A stretch of 60,194 nucleotides of DNA, the filler included, from Bipalium vagum (Eukaryota), in the NCBI GenBank assembly GCA_037834085.1. It is 3 parts of 3 records of this genome, joined end to end, with 100 filler letters (N's around TTAATTAATTAA, not from the genome) between each part and the next. Parts side by side here need not be neighbours in the genome. Positions count along the whole stretch, not along the records: positions 15,861 to 42,568 come from JBBMKC010134027.1; positions 42,669 to 60,194 come from JBBMKC010061869.1; 1 more part is not named here. One strand, written 5' to 3'. Position 1 is the first letter of the stretch. Every line of letters starts with the position of its first letter. A program made the position numbers and the translations under genes. Positions 40,630 through 51,636 of this stretch are shown here, in pieces. A model generated the notes under the pieces. It ran no database searches. It was not told where the DNA came from and was given only the letters and a program-made list of their open reading frames with translations.

Positions 40630-41218
40630 GGTTCTTTTTTGGAATAGGAACGCACTTACTGACAGCCAATAGTAAGTGCGTTCCTATTGAACGACTATTT
40701 ATAGATGTTGAAGAACGGATCGTGAAATCAAATCAATGAAATCAGCTTATTTTATTTCAAATTTCTGTTGGAGAAATAAAACTTACAATGCAAAAATTAT
40801 TTCAAGTTCCTTCAATCATAAAACGTTGGCTTCCCGTTCAATTTAATATATATCAGCTTTTAAGTAATTGAATAATGATTTTAAAAATGTCATTAACATT
40901 GAAAGGCCAATAAATCGTTTATTTGAAAAGAATCATTAATCTGATAAAAGTTTTTGATTCATAGTAAAAAACGCTTTCAAAGATATCACTATGGAATAAT
41001 AACAATATGCTTTTATTGTTTGATTTCTCCATCTTGTCTAAGTTTTCAGAATTGAGATACTGCGTAAATTATATAAAATGAAAACTCACGTTTCTTTCTG
41101 AAATTTGACTTGCATTTCAGAACCGACGTCTAAAATGTTACATCTATAAATAGTCGTCCAATAGGAACGTACTTACTGACAGCCAATAGTAAGTGCGTTC
41201 CTATTCCAAAAAAGAACC
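40630..41218. mobile_element. 589-bp non-autonomous element with 79-bp TIRs carrying internal palindromes
   Basis: 40630-40708 and 41140-41218 are reverse complements with 2 mismatches, except for a 10-nt spacer GACAGCCAAT that is in direct orientation. Confidence 0.85.
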
Positions 41219-42497
41219 GAATGCTTTAATATCAGAAAATATCAGAGATGATTTACCAGCTTCAAAATCAGAAAGTTTGATCTATAAGACGCTTTTACAA
41301 CCTTGCTACAACCTAATGAAACAATAACCGTGAATGTGTATTGTATTCAGTTGTAGAGTTTAAAATGTGAAATTGAAAAAGTTCCCGTCTTTGGTAAACA
41401 AAATTGGAGTCATTATACATTAGGATTATGTACGATTATCATATATACTCAAAAATACATTCCAGAAGATTCAATGTAAACCAACGCCTTTAGTAATTTT
41501 CTGTGCAAGTTTCTAGTAGTAATCGTGATTATAAAAAAATCAGCATTAATTGACAAACTTTTGTACAGGACAGATTATCACTTATGAAAATTACGGAGGG
41601 AATTGTACTCGAAATGGGCCAAAGATCGTATAGGTTAGAATGTAGAAGATTGAGGATTAGTGATCTGATCAATTATGTTACGAAAGAGGCTTTCCAATGA
41701 ATATTGTTGTAAGTTTTTTATGACAGGAAAAGTGAAACCAGAAAGGAAAAACTAATATAAAGATGCTTTGATCGAAAAATAATATTATACGAATAGATTA
41801 AAATAAACATTATGAAATAGGATAGAATAAAATAATGTAAAATCCAACAAATCCAGGAAAATTAATTAATTGTGTAATTTAGTGAAATTGTTAAAGATGA
41901 CTTATAATGTAAATTTCTAGGAAAATGGTGAATATAATAACAGTGGATAAAAATTTCGAGGTATCATTTGTAATTAGTTTTGATCATTATATACATATGT
42001 ATATATTAATAATTTTATCTGTTATTTTTATATCTAAAAAGTTTGAAATATATTTTCTTGAAAACTTTGTATTAATAAACTAAAAAATCTATTGAAAGAA
42101 TAAAAACAATCACCATAACATTTTCGTCGCGCTTAATTCATTTATTACCAGTCTGAAAAGATCTGTTTGGTAATTCTTCTGGCTCAAAAGCGTATTCGAA
42201 GAATGGAATAGACTTTTCGAAATCAATGCTGAATGACATTTGGTATTATTTATTAATTCTTTTCCATCCATTGGGAATAAATTTACTTTCAGTAATAAAA
42301 ATATTGGTAACGGAAATCGCAAATTAACACTTTAAAAATTATTTTGGACTTACATAAATTAATAATTGAAACAAATTCATTGTTTAATACAGAATTTGTA
42401 TTGGGACTCATTAAAAAATTAACTTTGGCATGAATATTTTTTGGAAAATGTTGACAAAAATATTTGCTTAAATAACTGAATGGAAAAAATTTTCACG

Positions 42498-42568
<71 letters not shown>
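42498..42568. repeat. (ATT)n microsatellite at contig end
   Basis: Triplet run abutting the spacer. Confidence 0.9.
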
Positions 42569-42668
42569 NNNNNNNNNNNNNNNNNNNNNNNNNNNNNNNN
42601 NNNNNNNNNNNNTTAATTAATTAANNNNNNNNNNNNNNNNNNNNNNNNNNNNNNNNNNNNNNNNNNNN
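42569..42668. other. artificial 100-nt contig-joining spacer with six-frame stops
   Basis: 44 N + TTAATTAATTAA + 44 N. Confidence 0.93.
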
Positions 42669-42944
42669 TAGTATCTGATTAAACGTTCATTCTGACTATA
42701 TTTGATTTGATTAAACATTACATTTAATTCATTGTAATTATTTTTCTGTTGTGTTTTGATCAGATAGTGTAAGGGTTGTGTAACATTTCAGACATTAGTT
42801 GTAATCCCAGACTTACTTATCTTTTGTAGTCCCGCGTATTTTGTATTTTTGTGGTATAAATACAAGTGTTGCTTTACTGATTGTTTTATTGCACCACCTA
42901 AGATTTGGAGTCAGGTGTAAATTTGATACCCTAAATATTGAACA
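42669..42944 (+). mobile_element. 3' part of an LTR-like repeat (same family as 48082 and 49677), cut by the spacer
   Basis: The end ...TTGCACCACCTAAGATTTGGAGTCAGGTGTAAATTTGATACCCTAAATATTGAACA matches the reverse complement of 48082-48180 and 49677-49780. Confidence 0.65.
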
Positions 42945-44816
42945 ATTATTATTATTATTATTATTGTTGTTGTTGTTTTTATATTACTACTATTATTAAA
43001 TTATTATTATTAGTAGTAGTATGAGTAATAATAATACTAGAATATGTATTTTTAATAATTTTCATTATTATTATTATCTATAATGAAATATTTCATTAAA
43101 ATTTACGAGAATCTCAAATAGCTTAAAGCTGATCTTTTACCAATTAGTACCTCTTTCATTGTGTCAAAAATAATTTCCAGATCAAAGAATCAGCGAGGGA
43201 CTGCTTTCTTTAGTCGGGAACAATTTAGAAATCAGTTAATCATTACTATGGAGGTAATTCAATGAGACATTTCAGCACTATCGGTTGTATTATAGAAATT
43301 CAGTTAAAATTGAGCTAATTAAAAGAGTTTATTGGAATTTTATTTTATTTTCAGAAAAATTAAAAATTCTAATTATTTTTTTTTCGTCAAAAAAAGAGAT
43401 CAGTTCAATTTTTTTACAATATAAAATCAATATATTAAATAATATACATGTATTTCTTGTTCTGCAATAAAATTTTTGCAAAGTTTGTTTTTTGTTGTAA
43501 AAAATCCATATAAAATATTTATTAATTCTAACGTTTTCAATTAACTAATTGATTTCTAATTTATCTATGGGAATCTCGACAATTATTTAATTTTTCCATA
43601 AAACAGTTGAAAATAATTAGATGCCTTAAATATAATTTATTTCTCGATTTTTTGTCATATTAAAACAACATTATTTATGGGAACCATTGAGTAATTTCTG
43701 TATTAATTAAAAATCGATCAATTTATCATTTTCATGAATATTAAGTGGTTTGTTTTAATTATAAGTAAAAATAAAGATTTATAAAAATAGAATAAAAAGA
43801 GTAATTATTTAATAAATAAAATTGATTTATTTTTCTTTATTCCTTTATTTATCATTTATTTTGAAATTAAATATAAAAAAAATTACAAAAAAAAATAAAA
43901 ATAATATTATATATCTAATAAAAATAAATTCCGAAAATATCGATTTGTGTATTTTAGTTTAGAGAAAAAAATCAATTAAAGAAAATTTGAAAATGAGAAC
44001 ATTAAAACAAAATAACGTTTTTTCTGGGTAAAAAATAGAGAAGTACTTTTAAAAAGCACTTCAAAAATTTTCCAGCTAATTTAATTGTTATTCGTTAATA
44101 AAAATTGGAAAATAAAAAAGACTTGAACGATAAAGAATAGAAAACTGATTAAAATCAAAAACGTTTACCGTCTCTAATATCCATTAATCAACTGTATAAT
44201 GGCAAGAGGACACCTTTATCTGAAAATGATTAATGGTCGTAGCTTGATTAGATCTAATAAATTATACTAAACTATTAATAATGGTCAAGATGCAGCTGAG
44301 TCGTCCGCTTCACTTTATGGATCTCTATCAAAGATCAAGAGTCAGAATTGGAGATAAGTTTCCATTTGTTTTGTTTTATTCCTTGCCAAATTTGTTAAAA
44401 TAGCAGCAATTCAATTTTGACATTGACTTTTCCTGATAAAATTTATCAGGATACTGAGCTGAAATATTTTTTATTTTCATAAACTTTCATTATGATTTTA
44501 AATAACTTTATTTTATGTCAAAAAATTTTAATAATTTATTAATATTATTTGTAATTTTCAATGTACTTACTTAAATTGTTTATGTAGGAGAATTTAATGA
44601 GAATAAACTCAATAGGTTTAATACTACTAAAATAAAAAATAAATTATTGTGTATATTTATGGAAAGTGAACATTTTTTAATAGCTGTAATAAAGAAAAAT
44701 TATTCATTTGTTTAAATAAACTATTGGAATATGTATTGTGTATGGATTTTTCAAAAATAATCTATAAAAACATTCCTGATATCTTTAGATATATCTTATT
44801 TTTATTCTTTTATAGA

Positions 44817-45690
44817 TGGCAGTTTGTATACCAAATAAACAACATCTGTGCGAAGTGATGTTATTTCATTTTGCTATAAAATATCTGCAGCAGAAACTCA
44901 CAGAATTCTTGTTGGGGGTTACGGGGACAATGTTCTATCTAAAGCTGCTCGAAAAAATAGATTCCAATTTATTTATGGTGGAAGATAAAAAGCTCCCAGG
45001 ACAAACGAAAGTATTTGAAGACCTGGGAGTATGATGGCTGAAGATCGGTGTAAAATTCAAATTGATCTTGCTAAATCATTAAATGCTTCTTAATCTTCAA
45101 TTATCTGACGTTTTAAAGCCACGTGGAAGGCATAAAGAGTAGGAAGATGAAAGACATAGAGGCACAAGTGATATTTTGCTTGCTCAACAAAAAAGGAAAA
45201 GTTTCCAGAACCGAATTATTATGGGTGACGAAAAGAGGATTTCTTTCAAAAACCCTACAAGCAGAAAAAGCAACTTGCGATCCTAGACAGCATTTCAAAT
45301 TAACAACCAAGGAGAACATCCATGGAAAAAACGGGTCTACTAAGGATTTGGTGGGACCAAAAGGATGTGATCCATCATAGGTTGCTAAAGCTAGGTGAAA
45401 CGGTGACAGGGTGGTTTCACGGAGAACAATTAATACGTCTGAGTCAGGCATTACGCAAAAAAGAAGCGAATATGAAAAAAGACAGCATAACGTAAATTTG
45501 TTGCAACGCCCAGTCTCAGGTCAATAAACGAGTCAAGGAAACATTAGAGTTGCTTTGATGGGAAATGCTACCCTATGTGGTTTATTCACCAGACTGCACC
45601 CCTTCTGATTATCATCTGTTTCAGTCACTTTCCGAGAAGCGCATATCAATGATTATGCACAAATCATGACAAGATATGTTGAAACAATAC
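44817..45690 (+). pseudogene. mariner transposase relic
   Basis: MAVCIPNKQHLCEVMLFHF, IIMGDEKRI, and *EMLPYVVYSPDCTPSDYHLFQSL. Confidence 0.8.
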
Positions 45691-47439
45691 ATTACTGGTA
45701 GTAAAAGAATTAAAGTTTATTTGTTTTATGAAATGAAAATATTATTGTTTTATTTAGAGTTTAATATATTATAATACATATTAAAATACGGAGGTACAAA
45801 ATAATCATTGAAAAAGATAGTATTAATAAATTTTAAATGATGATAAAGATAATAATAGAAACATTAAATAAAATATAAATTATTTTATTTATATTTTTCT
45901 AAAATAAAAAAATATATAATTATTTTAAAGTAGATTCCCACTTTTGATGAAGTTTATTGAAAATGTTTGGTAAATTGTATAATCATAAATGTTGATAAAA
46001 GTATCATAATCAATGTACCTTCACCATATAAAAACAAATATTTTGATCTGATAAAATCTACATAATAAAACAAAATTACTGCAAGGTATTTTCATGTGAA
46101 ATCAAGCCAAACCTTAACATTTTGGTGTGACATTGAAAAAAGTTAACATGTGAAAAATTGAAAACAAAAATGCATCTCAAGTTTTTTTTGTATCTGAAAT
46201 AATTTCGAGAATAAAAATTGTGAAGTCAAAAAATGAAACAATATTTAAACAAAAAAAACCAGAATGATTAATAAAAAAAATTATCGATATTTTATTTTCT
46301 AAAATATTATTTTTAAGAAACATTTTAAGGAAAGCTTAAAAAAAGAAAAGGATCTTTTAAGTACATGGTTGAAATGGGGAGTTGAATTTTAAAAAAAGAT
46401 GTAGAACAAGTTGGAAATCGTTATAAAATGGCCCTGGTTACGGTAGAGCTTAATATTTTCAGTACAAAATCTGATCTTAATTATATAAATCTAACATAAA
46501 AAATTAAATCATTGAAAGAAACTTCAATTTCATTACGGCTTCAAAACATGTTTCTTCAGAACTGGTTTAGACTTCGTCTCGAGTGCAAATATGAATCAGT
46601 ACCGATTTCAGATTTCATGTAGAGATAAAAAGATACCAAAACGGTTGGAATCAATCAAGCATGACCAGTGAGACATGATAAAATGGAATTTTATTGTCCC
46701 GTCGTTTTGTTGACGTCAGGCGCCATTTATCTAAAAACATTGTCTTTGTATTACGTCATAGATGACACGGTTCGTGCATCGTGCGCTGCTGACTCAGGAC
46801 GTGATGAAGAAAGATTATTAATAGAAGACTGCACGGTCGAAATATGCGTATGCATCAATTGATACGGGCCTTTGTTGAAATAGGAACTGGAGAAAATGTT
46901 TGCCGTAGTTTGCATTGTTTCGTTGATGTGAATGAGTAAGCCGAGATGTGATTATTCATTTGTCATTTGACGAAGTGAATGGAAATTCGGAATGGGCAAA
47001 TTGCTCTAATTGGGAATGCTATGACGGCATACGGTGAGGTTCAACAACGTAATTATCTGACAAATATAATTACATAAGAAGATTTTCGGTTGGAGTGAAG
47101 AAACCAAATCTTGTTTGTAAATTGATAATTTCTTTACCATTATTAACAGTCAACTGGGCGGAGAAATCGTACTTGTTCTTTAACAGAAAATAAATTAATA
47201 ACTGAAACTTATTATATTATATTATTTTTTGTTTTATTTTTGAGAGAAAAATATCGCTGTTAACTAAGCGAAAGATATGCATAATTAACTTACTGTATTT
47301 CATGGAAAAAATTGTTTTTTTTCATCGGAAAAATGTTCGCAAAATTATTTTTTCTAATTTATTTTTGTTTAATATATTTTTTATTATTTTTATAGGGATT
47401 TCTTTTTTAATGATAAGTGTCAGATAAATTGAAAATTAG

Positions 47440-47520
47440 TCGCGGATGTGAAATTAATAATCTGTCAGAGCAGTCCATGTGCATGTGAAAGATCCTGGGT
47501 TCGAATCCCGATATCTCAGA
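47440..47520 (+). repeat. tRNA-derived (SINE-like) fragment
   Basis: B-box/T-arm-like CTGGGTTCGAATCCCG. No complete cloverleaf. Confidence 0.3.
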
Positions 47521-48081
47521 TTAATTTTCAACTAACAATAAGCATCATTGATTTTGTTGAGATAGAATTAGATTTGACAAACTGTTGTGAAATGATGACC
47601 TGTCAGATGGAACTTTTCAGCTGTGACTTCAAAATGATAATGAAACAGATAATTCAGAGATAATTTGTAAATCATATATGTTTGGTGAATATTGTTTTGA
47701 TAAACTTGAAGATTTCGTTATTGCTTTCTCAACCTCCTCCGTTGTGAATCATTTTATTCCTAGCCAATATACAATTTATTTATCTCCTTTGGGATATCTC
47801 CAAAATATTTTTATTTGTCTACTGCATAGGGAAATTGAAATGAATATTGTCAGAAAATAATTATTTTATAAACCCAAAAGCTCGGAAGAACATAGGGTGG
47901 GTTTATGTTTCCGTGCGTAAATTATATTAATTTTAATAATATATTTCAGTTGACTGTACGAGTACTGATATATTAAAATTTGTATAAAATTGAAATTATT
48001 AATAAAAAAGTATTTGGGTAAAATCTGCACGAATCCCACATTTTTTCAGTTTTATATATGTGACTCAAGGATATATCCCTT

Positions 48082-48958
48082 TGTTCAATATTTAGTATAT
48101 CAAATTTACTCTAAGTCCAACTCTTAGATAGTGCAAAATAAAGACAATCAGCAGAGAAATCATCTGTATTTATATCACAAAAGGTCACACAAAATCACAA
48201 TTTAACAAAAAATTCAAAATCAATAAAACCATCACCAAAAAAATAATGTCTCAAAGGTCTTGGATAATATTAGTCAATAAAATCAATCAATTCAAACAAA
48301 ATGTCTATTAAAGTAAACGGTTAATTAAAACAATTAATAAATAAAACAGAAATCAAATCATTTTCAATTGAAAATAAAGAACGTTAAAGAAAAATTTAAA
48401 AAATTACAGAATTTGTTTAAGTTTCCCGAACTATCATGTGAGCCTTTACAGTTGCTCAGAGATAGCCATCTGGTAGGGAACTTAAATATAATCCCAAAGA
48501 AAAGGAAAATATTAATATACATGTGATAATTTTCGTATTGTTTTAAAAATGATATCTGCTTTTCGAACTTCACACAATAAGCTTCTTCACAATAATAATC
48601 TGCGTAATAATTCAAACTGGAATCTTCCTCTCGAACTGTAAACAATAAGTTTCTTCAGAAGCAATAATAAAAATGACTTTTTAAAACGCTTTTTTTTGGT
48701 GAAATATTGGGGAAATACTTCTCCTTATATACTGATTCTAAACTATTCCATTTGGAGACGAGCACCATGCAAATTCCCAAATTTGCTCCTTGATGATTAT
48801 TTTTGGGGATCTAATTGCTTCGTTTTCCGCATGTTAACCAAAATTTTTCTCTAATTGTCTTTTATAAATCCTCAACAATAAATTAATTATTATTAATTAG
48901 ATCAGGGTCCACAATTAGGGACTGATTTAAGTTTTAGTACCTAAAAAGGTTTTTGACA
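48082..48958 (-). mobile_element. probable solo LTR
   Basis: On the minus strand it runs TGTC...AACA, with TATATAAGGAG near 48721-48731. It shares blocks with 49677-50477. The 5' boundary is uncertain and no clean TSD is seen. Confidence 0.55.
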
Positions 48959-49169
48959 TTCCCAATTAAGAATACTGGTCTACGTTTGAAAAGTATAAAA
49001 GGCACAGAAATGCTCACTAGATTGCCACAAAAATAGAGCTAGCAAAAATTTTGTTTGATTAATTGGAATGTCAGAAGAAGTTAACAGTTTGGGAACTATG
49101 AAATTTATTGTCAGAAACAAAATCAATTTGTAAAATTTATTATGATTATGCAAATTTTTATGCAACAGT

Positions 49170-49569
49170 AGCCAACGAAAGGTCTTGTGCTGTTATGTCG
49201 TTTTTAGGCGACCCGGCTCGTGCTCATCAAACCAACCTAGGAGCCATCATTTCTTAAAACGGTGTGAGTTGTACTTGATTTTTTGTTTTCTTTATAAATT
49301 AACGTTTATCTGATTAAATATTAACTATACCTTTGAAAAGTTTATGTAACTCTTATTGATTATTCGATTTTTTTTTAGTATTGTTTTACTGATTCTTAGC
49401 ACTTGAGAAATTTCAGACTGTATACGTGTTTTTTTCGACACATTCGTGTATTTGTGTTAGAAGAATAAAGTATTATTGAAGTCGTTGTGATTCAATTATT
49501 TGTGAATACCTTATTGACTGAAGTGACACGCACAGTAAATTTACGACCTAAGTGTTACGAAGTGTTTCA
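49170..49569 (+). mobile_element. possible LTR fragment of another family
   Basis: GC-richer block, then T-rich tract, AATAAA and a CA end. Architecture only; no second copy seen. Confidence 0.25.
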
Positions 49570-49676
49570 TAGTAATATGAAGCCTAACAATATCTTTGAT
49601 TAATAACTTTCTTCTATAGTTCTCACTCTTATTTCTTTCCATCCAAAACTTCTCTAAGATTTTCAATGCATCTAAT

Positions 49677-50477
49677 TGTTCACTAACTAGTGTATCAAAC
49701 GTTAAACCTGACTCCAACTCTTAGGTGGTGCAAAAATAATAACAACCAGTAAAGCAAAACTTGTATTTATAACACAAACTTCACACTAAATCACAGTGAT
49801 AACAATTACACAAAATCGTCAAATCAAGGATCACAATAAGATCTGAAATGTCTGCAATTGTCTTTATCAATCAAGCACAAGATGTTTATAAAATATAACA
49901 AAATAAACACTTAAATGATTCAATAGTCAAATTATGATAATAATTAATTAATAATTATATTAATAATAAAGTAAACTGTTAAGCAAGAAGAAGATAAAAA
50001 AAACGAGCCTACAGGTTAGCTTCGTTTAAGCTTCCCGGTCTATTAGCTGAGCCTTTACAGTTGCTCAGAAATAGCCCTCTGGTGGGGAACTCAAACACAA
50101 TCCCAGGGTTTGGTACATTAAAAATATACTTGGAATTCTCTGATAATTTCCTACGAATAGGGATTGTCTTTTCCGAATAACAATTGTCTTCTCTGAATAG
50201 CGATTGTCTTCTCCGATTAACGATTGTCTTCTCCGAATAGCGATTGTCTTCTTCGAATAATGATTGTTGTCGTCTGCTTGTTGATGGCAAATTTATGGAG
50301 AAACCCTTCTCCTTATATAGTATTTTGGTCGACGACTAATCAGTCGTAGACCAATTTTATTAATGGGAAATGTCAATTCCCCTTTTAGGATCATTTATCC
50401 TAGATCGGTCTCTCCTTGCTGACCCTGATCTAATCTTGGCAATTTAGGTTCGCCATTGTCAAGATTAGACCCCAACA
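49677..50477 (-). mobile_element. probable solo LTR with TGTT...AACA termini
   Basis: Terminal 4-bp inverted repeat, TATATAAGGAG near 50310-50320, and the block GAGCCTTTACAGTTGCTCAGA shared with 48440-48460. Confidence 0.6.
50161..50270. repeat. 20-bp tandem repeat (about 5.5 copies) inside the LTR
   Basis: Unit CGATTGTCTTCTCCGAATAG with variants. Confidence 0.85.
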
Positions 50478-51530
50478 AAAAAATAATTTTTTGCCTTTTT
50501 TTCCATTTAATTAACTTTTGTACTTTTTAATTAGCTAAAATTATTATTTAATTATTATTCTTAGTATTATTTTTATGATTATTATTATTTGTGTTCTTTT
50601 GGGCCCAATTTCATAATAATAACACTATTTAAATTAAGTCTTAGAATTAATTTCATTAATATATTTTAATAAAATTTTATTTTTGAGGTCTTTAGTTTGG
50701 TGTATTTTGATACATAAATTTAATAATTATTTGTGAAAACAATTATTTCATTATTTTATGATCATCCTGAAATCACAGCAAAACAGATTTTAATTAATTA
50801 TTTGTTTATCTGGGTCAATATCATTAATGGAGTTTTAAATAAAACGAAGTTATCTGTACACTTATTGATAATAAAATCGTGTTTCTCTCTGCAATTAACT
50901 TAAAAATATTATTTATAATTGTTATAAAAACGTAAAGATATACTACTTACTAATATAAGTCAGTTTGATAATTGATATCTTAAGTTTTGATATTTAATAA
51001 TAAATTGATTAAAGGACACCGGAACAACTATTATTGAAGGTCTAATCTGTCTTGAGAATTTTATTATTATTTTTTTTAAATAGTATAATAAATGTATTTA
51101 ATTATGTATAAAATTTATATACATATTATTGTACATTATATATAAAATTTTTAAAAAATTATTTTAGATTTTAATGATATTCTCTTTACGTTCCTTCGCA
51201 TTAGATTCTCCAATGAAATCTCAAGTCTTTCGTAAATTAAGCGATTTTTACTTCTGCTACCTTTACTGAGCCTTGAATAATAATTAAAAAATTGTGAGAT
51301 TTAATGAAATGCTTTTGAATAACATAGTTGTCACAAAGGCATCCTATTCTGCAAACTTATTATATGATACAAAAATACAGTTTAAGTCCTGAAGTACTTA
51401 ATTTTGGTTTTTCTATGGAAAGACTCACACACCTCTTCATCTTAACCTTTTATTTTACAATAAGATACAAGCATACAATTAAATTTTCTAATAGGAAAAC
51501 AATGTTTTTATCAAAATTGAATTTTACAAG

Positions 51531-51619
51531 AGTTATGTTATTTATTATTGATTTGTTTGAATAAATACTTTTCACCTTCACGTGTTATATTTCCTACTGT
51601 TATGAAGAACGAATTAACT
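51531..51619 (+). repeat. 5' LTR (89 bp)
   Basis: AGTTA...TAACT ends, contains AATAAA, and has 5 mismatches to the 3' LTR. Confidence 0.9.
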
Positions 51620-51636
51620 GGCGACCACACCGGAAA
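51619..51636 (+). promoter_or_regulatory. primer-binding site, probably tRNA-Arg
   Basis: TGGCGACCAC overlaps the last LTR base. It is complementary to a tRNA 3' end ...GTGGTCGCCA. Confidence 0.6.

Noticed and set aside
44431-44451. Perfect palindrome TCCTGATAAA-A-TTTATCAGGA
   Set aside because: An isolated 10-bp stem in AT-rich DNA with no associated structure; plausible by chance.
47440-47520. Functional tRNA gene
   Set aside because: Only a T-arm/B-box motif is present. No acceptor stem or D-arm can be folded.
50009-50290. 93-aa repetitive ORF (also 48364-48645)
   Set aside because: These are translations of LTR-like sequence; the repetitiveness comes from the 20-bp tandem repeat.
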